Shown in pieces: positions 1 through 14,400 of a stretch of DNA of 64,000 nucleotides. Source of the stretch: Owenia fusiformis (lineage: Eukaryota); the NCBI GenBank assembly GCA_903813345.2, contig CAIIXF020000001.1, positions 3,658,001 to 3,722,000 on the forward strand, read 5' to 3'. The notes under the pieces are model-generated. The model did no database searches. It was given only the letters and a program-made list of their open reading frames with translations, and had not been told where the DNA came from. Made by a program: the position numbers and the translations under genes. Within the stretch, counting starts at the first letter, position 1; each line of letters starts with the position of its first letter.

Positions 1-3000
1 ATTTTTCAAATTATCTGGTTTGTAATATAATTTAAGTACATATAAGAAGTCATGAAATATATATTCAATAATCTTCTCAAACCAATAAAATGATTACATA
101 AAAGTCAGATGACCATAATGGACTTTTCATTAAGGTGAAAGATGTCAGTTGCGCAATATGGCTGAAAGTATTAGTAACACTACACTAAGCTTCCACATTC
201 ATGAATTAACTTAAATATGTTCAGTTAAAACATTTCATGATATTTCAGACCACTCTTTGTAGATTTGTCACGGCAGATGACCATAATGACCCATAGTTCA
301 CACTTTATCTTTCAACCCCTGTCTAATGTTAAACCAGTCCATCCATCTCCATCAATCTACAAACATTCCACCTTCCAATTGATCAATAGAAGTTCAAAAG
401 ATTTTCAATTTCATCAAAAGTCCGCTGAACATTGATGTCGGAGATGAGCAGTTGAGAGATGACATGAAACAGACAACAGTTCACCAGAAAATAAAATCGT
501 ATCACGAAATTAAATCACGATTTGATACATAAAATGTAAAAACAGAGCAAATGAGAGAGACAGGTTGGAACAGAGAATAATAGTGTAAAAAACACTAGAA
601 ACTACCTTTAAATCATATGGCAATGAAAAACAAGAGAGGAATAAACATGAAAGAAATGCCATGTAGGCAAGCATGTATTGTCCAGTGCAAATCTCTTTAT
701 AATCAGCATTAACAGGAGTACATCTTTCAACACATGTAAAACCATCAATCATGCCATATTCCATTAATCAAACCCTGTCTGCGGTGAAACCAACTTTCAA
801 AACCAAAATCAAAACTTCAAAAAGATCAAAAACTGCTTACAAACATGTGATTTAGATTAAAAACTTGAGTCTCCGGAACTGAAATGTTTGTCATCAACAT
901 AGCATATTTTCTTGACCACTGAACAGTTTTATTTTTACACCATTCGTCATATGTTTAAGACTGACAGTGCGGACTGCGGAAGTAAAGCACTCCTACTCTC
1001 TCTTATGGTAATTCAGATCGGGAATCCTACAAGGTTTAGGAAGGTACATTATTAATTGAAAAGTAGATTCTAAGGTCAGGGTTTAAAATAGCAGAACATT
1101 AGCAAGAATTTATGGGCCACAATGGAAATAATTCACAGAAAATGAATGTTAAATGTTCTATAATGGAGATAGAATGGGGATAGAATTGAAATACAATTAG
1201 GCAAATTATCTGTGGGTGATCAGGGATAGATGTTTTATTGTTAAATGAATCCATTTGATTTGGATTTATTTTAAGTATACTTTTTAATAAATAACAAATA
1301 CATGTACATATGAAACAATTGAAATCAGGGAATTTAAAATGAATATTTCAAAAACAATATATTGCCAATTGGCATTAATTGAGAAGTATAAAGAAAACAA
1401 ATGAAGCCCTATAAAACATCTAAGTAAATCTCTATAACAATCCAAATTAAAGTATGAGAACCTAGACTGCACATATGCTATATACTAGTCTAACCCAACG
1501 CATGCTTAATATCTGTAATAGCACACTGTACCTATCAGTCATCATACTACCTATAAAAATAGTTTGGATAAATTTGATCAAAATGAACTTACCTGTCTTA
1601 ATTGAGCAGCTGAACAAAAAGCAGGTGGGGAGACTCGTATTGACTTCTTAACCAGCACAATGATCCATTCAGCTATATGATGCAAATCTATAACAGGAAT
1701 ACATATGAATATGCAATATGGGATAATAAAATAAAACCCACAGCTTTTCTGCTGTAACTCCTGTCAGATCAAAATGTACTTATTTCATAACATAATGAAA
1801 GATCGGGTCAATATGGACAAACTGGTTTAAGTGATATATTACAGTGTATATGATTGGCATTTTTCAAAGGTAATATCAGGTAAATGTCAGCTGACAACCC
1901 CTGTAAACAATATGAAAATTTCATATGGAATTAGAATTCCAAAAGTTATTTACGTTGTCAGCGATTTCTATAATGTATGTTTGCACCTTTCCCTCAGTTT
2001 CTACTGTGGTCTTCTATTGAGATGCAATGCACTTGATCTGTTTGTACTCTCAATTTCTTTTTCATGATTTCTTGAGCACTAGCCAGCAGTACAGTCCAAC
2101 ATAAAGACACAAGTAATATTTCAACTTGATCACATATTCGGGCATGTGACATATTTTCTTGGGGCTTTATGTTGTAGACTGATTTCAAGTGCATAAAATG
2201 AAGGAATTCACTATTATGAATATGTCAGGGCTACAATTTTCTATTTAATCGTATCATATGCATTTAATCAGGCAGTTTTGCATCAATGGTGACACTCTTG
2301 TCCTAATGTCCCTGTCCATGTGGTGGACTACCACTTTGGGGGTCAGGAAGGAGCAAGTATGAATAATGTTCATCATAACATTACCACCACAAACTATGCT
2401 AACTTTTCAATAGCTCTTATGTTAGGTTATTATCTCAAAGTCTTAACATGTCTCAACAAGGCATTAACATGAAAAATGTCACTACCTGCCATTTGTTACA
2501 GATGCTGACCGCCAAACATCAACCACCATCCACAGAAAAGTTTGACATGAAATTAATATAATATAACATCACCCAAAGCAAATATACAGACCATTTGAGT
2601 GAGAATGGAACTGACAGAGGACTCTGATCACACTGATCCATTGCTAGGATTTTTCACAGGGAAAATTCAAATACAAATGTCCAAAAGTAGTAAAACATTC
2701 AATTCTTTTATGATCTTGTAAGATGTTCTATTCCAATTTTAAATGAGATAACAGTATGAAACTAAGTTTTAAAAGGCAATAAATTATGTTTTACATGAAC
2801 AATTGCGTCAACATATTAAGACAAGACCAGAGTTATATACATTGTACCTGCAATAGAAGTCCAGGGTAGACAAATCTTGCAAAAGCCTCCCTAATAAACC
2901 ACTTCAACTGGAGATTACAATTCCAAACAGTCCAAGTGGTCTCAGACCACATTCATAAGTCAAATGCCAAATTGCAATGTTTGGTTCTGCAATGTTTAAG

Positions 3001-5192
3001 AAGTAGATTATGAATTTAAACAATGACCAAACAAGCACTAAACATATCGAGGATCATGTTTCCCAGAGTATAAAGTTTGTACAATGCGTGGAACCTGCTG
3101 ATTAAAATTGCATTGGTTCTTGTTTGATTTCAACAAAGATTAAAGATTAAATGTCTCAGTGCCACAAGAAGTGAACCGACTTTGTCAGACTGACTATGTA
3201 TTGGATAATGCCTACATAATGCAGGCAACAGTTTGACAAGTTAATCCTTCTTACAAGCACCTTAATCAAGTATCGAATGTATAGACTGATTTAAGTCAGA
3301 TTTAAAGTATTGAAATCAATATTTAGGTAAATGTAAGCTATATTCTATAGATCTATAGAATGATAAACATACAAATATAATTTTATTATATATTTATAAT
3401 TCAATGGAAAATGCTTGAATCCATATCAAAAATCAAAACTTTATTTTATTTATATAATATTGTTCCAATCGGCCATAAAATTAGATATATTATTTTGTTT
3501 CTTGTAAGCCCAAGAGGGGAAAAAGGTGTTGTAAACCAAACCTTTTAATAACAATGAGAGGTAACAAATGAACTGGGCTGCAGATATTTTATAAAAAAAT
3601 TTACAATACAGCATGATAGTAACACCATCTATATTACAAAACTTTGTTTGCATCCAAAGTATAACTAATAGGCAACATTCAACTGCTTATAAAAAGTACT
3701 ACTAGTTTTCAAATTTCAAACATTGTCATACATGTAGTTATGACAAAAACCAAGCTAAACTATCAAGAAGACGATGCATATTTTTGACCTGACTGCTCTT
3801 GACATCAAAATGCAATCTCTATGAGGAAAAGACCCTTAACAAATTATAGCTACATTATTAATAGCTACATTATTTATTCTCTCTCTGCCTATAAAAAAGA
3901 CAGAATAATGAAAAATCATATAATTTAAACTTTACAGACATGTTTCATTTCAAATCCAATGACTCCAAAGATTGCAAATCTAACTTTAATAAATATGAAT
4001 TTGAATTAGCTGACATGGATTAAGAGCAAGACTCAAAACAAAACTACTGGTATGTGGTGATAAGTACTAATGTGCGGTGTGAATTCATTAAATGTTTACC
4101 CAATAGCCATACCACTTAAAAATACATTTATCTAAAACACTGAAATCTTCAACTGAATATAAGATCCCGTATCTCAATATGTAAATAGAGGAAAATAATC
4201 TATACTGTGGCCAAATTAATTGATATTTATCCTATAAAAGCCAAGTCATTATATTTGGTCAATTACTCTTCATGAAGGGCTATTAAACATTCCCTCCTAT
4301 TCCCCAAAATAATCAAAGTCCATAGTGGTCACATCCTTCAATAGGCCACTTTGAGCTGTCTATCATTCTGTGGCCTACTTCAGTTATATACAAGATGAAT
4401 GTCTTTTCTCCCCAGTCTCCACTCAAAGACATAGATCATAGGAAACTGGCTAAATTTTGGCCTCATTAATGGGAAATGATTGATTCTTTTCAAATTAGTG
4501 GTTAATTTTCATTTCTAAACATCTGCGCCTGTTATTGATGGAGTTTAGCCTCCCAGGCAAAATGACATGATATCTGTTGTAATTTATCATCTGTAGAGAC
4601 AATATCAATACATTGCAATACACACTTACTTCTATGTGAAATAAGCAGACATCATGGATCATTTCATCCTCTAGATCCTTTGATCTTTTCCTTGATTTTT
4701 TTTAGTTTAGAAATATTTTAAGCTTTCCTAAATGACAGATCAAAACCACAGGAGAAAACAGGTCAGTTCTTTTAGAATAATACCTCAGTGTTGGCACTTC
4801 CTGTTTGTCTCCAAACCCTCTCCCTCCCTCTTTAAATTAAAATTGGTCTCACTCATTTAAATGCCTCGTCCATTGGTAGGCTTTACATACATCAATGACT
4901 TTTGAGAGGCTTTGAAAAAAGCTGATAGGCTGCCTGAAAAACTGTAACTAAAAGATCAATCTTTGCAAACCAACATTCCACACAACCTATTGGCTCTATT
5001 TTGAACTAAAACCGAATATACAGTAAAACTTGTACAGGGTGGTCCAAAAAAATGAGACACTTGTATTTCAAAAATTGATTTTATTTATGAAAACTGTCAT
5101 GTTATGTACCAGTGGATAGGGAATTTACTTATCTTTAATTCAATTATTACGTCATAAATAATATAACTGTGTACTTCCATTTTGAATGTAAT

Positions 5193-5242
5193 CTTGATAA
5201 AGCTACATGTAGTTGGATGATTAGCGAAACGTCGAAAATAAA
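5193..5242 (+). mobile_element. Penelope-like pseudo-LTR fragment with hammerhead-variant motif
   Basis: CTTGATAAA-GCTA(loop)TAGC-GAAACGTCG followed by AATAAA. Lies just downstream of a Tc1-like end TA|CAGGGTGG at 5035. Confidence 0.45.
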
Positions 5243-6403
5243 CCATTTTACTCTGAAGTAAATGAACTTAAGTTATTATTAATATATTACCAGAGTGATG
5301 AATTTACACAGAAAAGTAAAGTTGATGTTAGTATAATTTAATAATAGTAAGGCACTGATACCATCATTCTAGGTAAATTTTTTACCAGTGATTCAAAAGT
5401 GATGTCATGGGAATGCTGAGGACTAATACATATCATGAGATGTCAACTTGATGTCACGCAAGGCTAGCATTTTCCACAGAAAAAGGAAAATATACTCAAG
5501 CATGAAAAACGCATTCACATCATATATTTATACTTTTCACAGCAAGAGCCTGGACAGTTAAAAAGTTGGATTTTTGGAAATGTTTTATCACTCCTTTCAA
5601 ATCCCCCAGCTTACTTATATTGTAAAACTGATTTATATTGCATTAAGATTAAGTGTTTACCTGGACTCTATAGCTAGTAACAGATAAAATCTATCAAAAT
5701 ATCACAGACAATTCAGATATTTTTTCAAAAAAGTTTTTCTTCACATGGGCCTCTGTTTACAGTGAAAAAAGAGTTTTTAGAAATTTCAAATATGGACGAG
5801 TTTATTTTGACAAGGGTAACAAGCATCCAAATTTTTTTATAATCTGAAGTCATTGAAAATAATGGTGTCAATCCAATGTACATGTACAACCTATTCTAAA
5901 CAGATGTAATTGAAAATAATTTCAGCTATGTTAGTCTAATCCAGTTTACAAAATAGTATGACTTGCAATTGCATTGAAAAATGGCAGCTGTGTAAAATCA
6001 TCTACATTGTCTCCCTAGTAAGTATCCAACAGACTGAGTTATACTCAGTTTATGTAATGAATTGACAAAAGGTAGGCATGTAAGATTTTAGCCTTCGATA
6101 TTATCTGAGACTAACATAAATTTTATGATGGTTTCAGATATTATGAGGAAAGTCAAATCAAGAAAATAAATAGATTGCGCATATTCTAATGTGTAGGCCA
6201 CAGACACAAGAACAAGAGTTTATCCCGGCTACATTATACAGTGAGTGGGGAGGGGGATCCGATTTAAATCTTATTCCTGGGCCTGTGGTGGAGGCTCATG
6301 CAGTGCGAAAAGTATAGTTTCAAACTAGATCTAAGTTACCTTTGATGTTTTGTTTCATTGGCTACGGAATAGATTTCAATGATTGACACTGACCATGGGC
6401 TCT

Positions 6404-6607
6404 CAGGCCCGTAGCCAGGATTTGCCAAGGGGGGGTTCAGTTTTCAAAAATTTCCAGGGGGGTTCACATTTGACAATTTAGGCCCAAATATGGTCAAAAT
6501 CACTTGAAAAGTGCTCAAAATGGTGAAAAACTGCATGATTTTGAAAGAATTTTTGGCCAGGGGGGGGTTCGCCCGAACCCTGCGAACCCCCCCTGGCTAC
6601 GGGCCTG
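6404..6607. mobile_element. MITE with 16-bp TIR and 5-bp TSD (hAT5-like)
   Basis: CAGGCCCGTAGCCAGG ... CCTGGCTACGGGCCTG flanked by the GCTCT direct repeat. Confidence 0.8.
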
Positions 6608-7379
6608 GCTCTATCAGAGCAGTCAGCGAGTACAAGCGACAACAAATGAACACTGCACAACCGTGAGTGGAAAGTACAGAGTGAGAGTACCAAGAGACAA
6701 ACAAAGTACAAAGTGACCAAAGGCTGAGGAAAAAGCAGCATAAATGCACTAGATCTAGAGTCCATTTCACTGCTTCATTGCATCAGTAGAACGGCAAAAA
6801 TAAGAAATTGGGAGACCATTGTGCAATAATATATGGAAAAGTATATTCATATTGTACATGAATGGCATTTGTATATTTCAGATTTTTTAGTTTTTTGTGC
6901 AATAAGTCTGTGCCCTCTTGTAATTTGAAGAATTTCAGCCATGTTATCTTTTTGAAAATAACATGGCAGAGAAGCATCCAAATATAAGAGGCCACACACT
7001 TTATAAGCCAAACTAGAAGCAATCCAAGATATACAAATGTCATTCATGTACAATAGGAATATATTTTTCCATATATTATTGCAAAATGATATTTTGATTT
7101 CTTATTTTTTAGCTTTTACTGACGCAGTTAAACAGTGAAATGGACTTTACAACAACAAAGCTGAAAGCGAGTCACACGACTTGATTGAAAAATAAAATGA
7201 AAATCAAATATTAAGTTGTTCACATCATCTGTTTGGCTAAATAGATGTTTTGCTTTTTTGATATGAGGATGAAGATTTATCTCACCAATTTTGTTATTGT
7301 TATTGTCGATTTCTGGTACTTTTGTGCTGTTTTAGAACTTTTCAATGCTTTTTTACAAAACGATTTTCCCGCAGCTGCA

Positions 7380-7453
7380 ACCCTCGCGAGATTACTAACG
7401 AGATCTCAGGTTCTCTCGCGGCTACCGGAAGTCGAGGCCAAAAAGTTTTGCAG
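7380..7453 (+). promoter_or_regulatory. Probable RNF207 promoter and non-coding first exon
   Basis: CpG-rich patch with CTCGCGAGA (~7383), TCTCGCGG, an ETS-type CCGGAAGT (~7425) and a strong donor CAG|GTAAGT at 7453/7454. A plausible acceptor lies at 11393, upstream of the ATG. Confidence 0.5.
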
Positions 7454-7811
7454 GTAAGTTTTTTTAGAGTTCTCTCGAGCCTCTCGTATATCTTCGAAAG
7501 TATTATTTGAAGAAAGGCAAACACATCGGCATCCTGATAAGCAAGGAAAATCCTCACGTCCGGTAGTCCTAACGTATACTTTTTCGGTCTCTGACCCTGG
7601 TCTCTGACATTGGACACAATGCTAAAGAAAATTCTTATTTCTTTTGCTGCATTCAAATCGATTCTCTACAGGAAGTACATGTTCTTATTGCACATAGTTC
7701 TTCCATGGTTCATTTATAGCAACTGCGTCTGTATTCCATTAATCGTAAGGGATGTGCAAGAAGATACCGCCAAACTTGATCATCCAATGGACGTTGCTGG
7801 AGCGTTCCTTG

Positions 7812-9226
7812 AACGTTGAAAAAATTCATCAACGCTCGTCAACGCGCACAAAATGGGAAAAAAAACAAAAACACGGGCATTGGCTTAGCGGTGCACCGCT
7901 GAAGCCGGCGTTGCTTTAGCGTTGGTTAAGCGGTTGCGAGCGGTAGCTAGCGTTTGTTTAGCGGTAATGCGAGCGTTGGTATAGCGGCGTTCTGCGCATG
8001 AGAGCGTTGCCTCGGCGGGGGTATAAATAGCAGCAGCGTTGGTTTAGCAGCATATCGCGTTTGACTACTGGGAAATTATTTCAAGTGGGAATTGTGTTTA
8101 AGAGTAAAGACCTTTATTGGAATTTGTAACTTTAATAAAAGTCCTTCAAGGATTAAAGAAGAAATGTTTTAAATCTAAAGTGCTTATATTAATGTAATAT
8201 GACATTAAGAATGAATAACATTACAATTTTCTTTATTAATCTCTCACATCATTTCAAACAAACATATCACAATTTAATTGTTGCATTTCCATTACTTGGA
8301 ACCGATTTACGTTCAAATTGCTTTAACAATGTCAAATAACATTTACAGCAAACTAATAATCATGACGCATGACAATTTTTTGCATTGCTGTGAGTGCATC
8401 AACTTTTTGTATAATACCATGACGAGTGCAACATTTTACAAGCTGCGCAGAAAATTCACAGATAATTTATTGAATTGCTTGACGTGAAAACACTAGGTAT
8501 ATACTATATTTGAATAAAGGTCTCAGTAAAAGTCTATTTGTATTAACATTTAATGAAAAACAAAAAACGCATAATTCACCTTTTTAAAATCCAAAATCAC
8601 AAACTTTGAGCGCTTAATTTAGGAATTTACAATGCAAAAAATTGAAATGCCAGACATGAATATATATCAAATGTAAAATGCACAAGTGTCTCCACAGTGT
8701 TCTACACAGTGGTGCATTTCTCCACGTATTTATAGCCAAATTCTGGTCCCGCTCCGACACCTCTATACCAACACCAAAGCAAAGTTCATCGCCGCCATGG
8801 AACGCTGCGACAACATCCGACACTGCTCCAACAACCCCATGTACGCTGATAAAACGCTAAAAACCGTTCCACCGACGTTTGTGCAATGTTTAATCGCCGC
8901 CCGGGCAACGCTGGTGAAGCAGCGGTGGTCCAGCGTTTAAGACTTCTGCGTTGGTCTAGCGGATTAAGGCGTCCACGAACTTGCGTCTAGCGGTGCCAAA
9001 CTTTGACTGGGCGTTGGTGGAGCGGTGATAAACTTTGCCAGGGCGTAAAATTGTCCCTTTTTCAACGCTCGCAATATTTTGAGCAGCTCAAAACTTTTGG
9101 AGCGTTGGGATGACCACTCGAGAAACATCCGCGTTGGCCGAGCGTTTACAGCGTTGCTTTAACGGATGCCAACTTTTGTTAAATGGTGGTGAACGTTTAC
9201 GAGCGTTGATGATTTTTTTCAACGTT
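7812..9226. mobile_element. Non-autonomous DNA transposon-like element with subterminal inverted repeats
   Basis: AACGTTGAAAAAATTCATCAACGCTCGT at ~7812 is inverted at ~9198-9226. GC-rich arms full of GCGTTG motifs surround an AT-rich core. True ends and TSD not resolved. Confidence 0.55.
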
Positions 9227-10345
9227 TGTTGAAGAGAATTCAATGGTGCCATGTCTCTGTGTCATAATGTAACAACCCTTGGGCACATCCGTCGAGGAGC
9301 TGTAGTGAAATAAGCCTGAGGCAGATGCTCTACCCCTGAGGCACAAGGGCTAGCCACTATAGCTGAGACTGTAGTAGCGACTTGCTATCGAAGGTCATTA
9401 CACCATACCCCCTGGAAGAGAACATCCCGTGGTTACTGATTCACATGGGGAATCCCACTTCTGACACCATTGTAACGATGCTTGGACTCATCCATCGAGG
9501 AGCTGTAGTGTACTTGTAACGAGCCAGATACCAGATTTGAAAGGGAGTGTGCTCAATTCAATGCCCAGTGAGAGAATGGAACCCAGGACCTTTGCTCTCT
9601 CGCTCTCTTTTAATTTAATGTTTTACAATCATGTAATATATTTGGATAAGATGTAGGATGTAGGGACACTAAAATACTTCCTTGTTTGGAATCTATGCAT
9701 ACACTTTGTGATTGAATTATGACCCTAATAAGTGGCCTATACATCATTATAACATACCTATGATGATGTATAGTGCAAAGTGTACTCAAGACAGCGGGCC
9801 AATATAAGTTTTGAAAAGCCCGCGCCCGCTAACTTTCTGATTGGTCAAGGCGCTGACGTCATAACCAATCAATCGAAGATAAAACTGCGCGAGCAATTTT
9901 TCTAAACTCATTTCAATCATTTTCAAACCATTTGTTTGTCAATTCTATAAGAAAACGGTACTCTCTGACCAGTCCACATCATCATAGGTATGTTATAAAT
10001 CGTTTATGTCACTATCGTGGCGCATATGTCCTCGGTTCTCAGAGATCAATGTCCCTCCCAAGGTCGGGCCATATATCACTGAGACCTCGGGCATATATGC
10101 CACGATAGTGACATAACCTCTAAATACAGTGCTGCATATAGGTCAAAAAGATACTAGTATGCATATAAATGTAATAATAAAAGCAGCATACTCATTTTGA
10201 AAAATTAGATGAATTAATTTTATTTCATGGGGAAATCAAAATAGAGAGTGCACTACTTCCTTTTAAAGAAATAAGATGAAAAATAAAAAAAAGTCAGCAA
10301 TGGTTAAAAACTGTGTTATCTTACAATTTCAAGTTTATTGTAATA

Positions 10346-10950
10346 CAGGGTGTGTCATATATATGCACCTCCTCTAAAATCTTACATGTAGTATAGTCAC
10401 CTTGTAATGTAATGTTATATATCATTTTGTTCATCATAGAAATTTACATGAGGTTGTAAAGTCCAGGGGTGTCCTAGAAAAACGATATAACGTATCAAAG
10501 TATGAGGGTATCGGGTCATTTAGAGGCAATTTCTGCTCATTTTGAGGATAAATTTAGTTCTTTTATTGCACATTTCTAGCAGTTGTCATCATGAAAGAGT
10601 TCAGTCCACATGTCTGTGACAGTTATTCACAGAGATATATAGACAGGATTCATGCAGTGGCTTAAAAGGAGGCCAGGGGTCATGGAACCACCTTTATAAC
10701 TAGAAATAAGTAATTGATAAAGTGAACAGATCACCTGAATGGGTCCAAATATGCTTACAAAATTGCTTATAAAATACCCTGTACCCACATACTTTGATAC
10801 ATTGTATCTTTTTTCAGGGATGCCCCTTGATTTTGAAATGTTGCAATCTTATGTAACTTTTCACGAGAAACAAAATGATATATAACATGATAGGGTGGCA
10901 ATGCTACATGTATGATTTTAGAGGGGGGTGCATACATATGAAACACCCTG
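10346..10950. mobile_element. Tc1/mariner-type MITE
   Basis: TA|CAGGGTG...CACCCTG|TA with ~85-bp imperfect TIRs. Confidence 0.8.
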
Positions 10951-11497
10951 TATATATTACCCCTACCCTTAATTTTGAACTGCGAAGAGACCTCTGAATC
11001 TGAAGGATATTACCTCAAATGTTATCACAAAATGGTTGTAATTAATTGGACTTTCATATGAATATCCACAAAGTTTAATTGGAATGAAAACTTTTTAAAA
11101 TGGTGTATTTCTCTAAATATCAGAAGATCCCCTTCTTGCGCACATTGCAAGGTATAGGATTTCTCAAATTTATGATGTCAATTTATGGTAAAAATATTTA
11201 CCATATGTACTACATTTTCTCCATTTGGTCAATGTATTCTATATACATACATTATTCCTCTGAATGTTTGGTATGATAATAATGCAAGATAAAAAAGATA
11301 TGATTGATAAAGGACAATGTACCTTTTTTTCTTTACAGAGGGTACTTTGCAGAGGGTATATGTATATACAATTACATTTTACAATGTTTACAGGTTGTCT
11401 GCCATAGGGCGTGGTGCCGTCAAGTCATATGGAGCTGTTGAGTACATACAGCGTATAGAGTACTCACTAGAGGGAGTGCAGATATAAGAGGCTTCAG

Positions 11498-14400
11498 ATG
11501 TCTGGGGGAATATTCCACCCTCCATCCTCATCAAATGCCATAAAGCAGGACCCTCTGTGCTGCTTGCTATGTAACGAGCAGTATGATCAGCCATGCTTGT
11601 TACAGTGTTACCACTCATTCTGCTCCAACTGCCTCAGAGGACGATCACAAGATGGCCTCATGCTGTGTCCTATGTGCGGGTAAGAAATGTTTGTCATGTT
11701 ATATACATTATATACATGTAATGTGGCATTGGCCACTTCGCATTTGTAATTAACACAAGATATTACAATGGGACTCATACTTAACTTTCTACCCTTTGCA
11801 TTCGTTCTTAAAACAGAGCTTCGTCTTCACTCTTTCAGTTTTCAATAAATCTCTGATCTCAACGAGCCAATCAGAGTTCGTCGTCGTTTCCTATGACATC
11901 ACTACATAGTTAATGAGTACATATTTAGCATGCTTTCCTTCTACCTCGCTGATTGGTTGAGAAAGTCAACGCGGTAGATTTGAAATGATTTATGACCCGT
12001 ACTGTCAAAGACACCAATATTTGGGGTGGGGCTGCTAAACTGAAATTTTTCCTTACGAGGCAGAGGGTAGTTTATTACAAGACTCTGCACGCAGGGTATT
12101 AACTTTCAGTATTTTGTTCAGTATCATACAGTAAAATTCTAAGTGATATTGTGTTACAGAGCAGAGACAGTACTACAGGGTGATGACACAACACTGCCAC
12201 CTACAGACTCATTAGTGACATTTCTCCTATCTACCACTGCTCAGAAGAATGCATCCTGTGCAAATTGTGAAGAAGTAAGTGATATAATAAAGAAATTAGT
12301 TTATGAATCATGACATTAAATGCATTGAATATAATGTTTTTTATTGCATCTAAAAAGGTAGTGATCACGTCAAGTAGACCTTACACAAGATAATGTCACA
12401 AGATCATATGTCACAGGGGTTTATTATATTATGTAGACAGCAGGGAGTAAAGGTGGTAATATGCTTCATAGTAATATCAAGAACAATATTGTGCGTTATA
12501 AATGTGTAATTTTCAAACAGCTGAGAAATTGGAGTGCACAATGGCTTATTAACCTGTACAGTATTTCATTTTATCATCTTGAAAATTCCTACCTTACTAT
12601 TATTTTTAGACAAAAAACTACTTGTCTGTACACTATTGTAATTTGTAGTTTTTTAAAGATTTTTGTAACCATAGGCCGGTGTAGATGCTTTTACAAATTA
12701 TGATAGAAACTAGACTATTGTTACTCTCAAACAGCACTTTATTACAATTTGTTAGAACATATTTTGCAGTTAGACCTTATTGTGCTCATGCAATTGTTAT
12801 TACAGGAACATGAAGATATGTTCTACTGCAACACATGTGCCCAACCTCTGTGTGAACAATGCAGAACTGAGACACATCGCGCACGTATGTTTGCACTCCA
12901 TGAAGTAGTTCCTCTAGGAAAGAGAACTAAAGATATACAGCGACATTGTGGTGAGACATTTTTAAAACTAATGTAAGGCCATGTGAACAATCCTTTTCCT
13001 GATTACCAGAACTTCATTTGTGAATATGTTAAAATCTTATACTTTCTCTGAAAATAAATAAGGGTTATGTACTGGGAGGTTTTGGATATGGGGTTTACCC
13101 AGAGGGAGATATGCATATCTACCTTCGGACGGATGAACCCAATATCCAAACCGACCGTACATAACTGCTTTATCCTATACCAAGTAGAGTTTTCAGTGAA
13201 ATTACTGGAAGCGAGAAGATATGCACCGAAGCGGGAGATATGGCGGGAGATATGGCGGGAGATATGGAGGTTATGGATATTGAAACCTCAAAATCAGGAT
13301 ACGGGATATATCTTACCATCTTATCTCCCTAAAACTCTACTTGGCACAGGATAAGGGAATTTTATATTTACCATGCTTGTATACTTCCATTATGATTAAA
13401 AGGTATATTATTTATGTTAGATATCTGATCTATAGAATGGATGACATTGCGTAGCGATAGAAAGGTTATATTCCTTTGTGTCTGAATAAGCCTTTTGGAA
13501 TTTTCTTTGAAAAATTATACCATTTTAGCATCAGGTTAAGTTGTACCAATACATTAGACCTGACACCTATCTTGAAATATGTATGACTGTTCCTCGAATA
13601 GAAAAGAATGATGGAAAAAGTAGAAAAAATAGTTTAATACAATTACACTGTATAAAGTAATATGTGGTCTATGGGGAATCGCCCCAACCTAGAAGTCAGA
13701 TTCAAAGAAAGTTGAATTTTCAAAGTTGATAAATGCTTTTTTAAACTACATTTCTAGATGCAATTTTACATGTAGACTTCAACTATATCATTTCTTGCAA
13801 TGAATTACATCATAACTAGATTTAAGCATTCCCTACATATTGCTCAATATATGTCAGCATCAAAATTTTTACCGTTTTTGAGATATTTGACGTCAAAAAA
13901 CAGTAAAAATAAGTTATTTTTCAACTTGCTTCAATTTGACCAAATTTTTTTTTGAAAATCATTTACAAGCTTATACCCTGCGTGCAGAGTCAAGTTAAAC
14001 TACACTCTGCCTAGTAGATACCATATTACAGTTTAGTAGCCCCGCCCCCACGACGGGTACCGGTGACAGTTTGGGTTATAAATCACTTTTGACCTACGCG
14101 CTGACCTTTCTTCCACCAATCCGCGAGCTTGAAGAAACATACGCCAAATGCATTCTAATTAAATATGTGCATGTCATTGGTCAATTCCGGGCTCAACGAT
14201 GACGTCAGAAAGAATGACCATATATAGAACGTCGGTCAAATTTGGCCGACGAACACTGATTGGCGCGGTGAGTTCACAGGTTTATTTTAGTTTGAAAGAG
14301 TGAAGACGAAGCTCTCTTTTAAGAAGTGAAGTCAAACGAATGCAAAGGGTAATCAGCTTAATCACGAAAGACCTTACTGAGCTCTAAATAAGTAAAATTT

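Noticed and set aside
841-2986. Minus-strand exon-like segments (donors near 840, 1592 and 2847) of a gene left of the window
   Set aside because: Splice signals are plausible but no recognisable protein results; they may be UTR exons and are unsupported.
9268-9510. LTR-like direct repeat starting TGTAAC with PBS-like CTGACACCA
   Set aside because: Only ~40 bp are repeated; no TSD and no gag/pol sequence.
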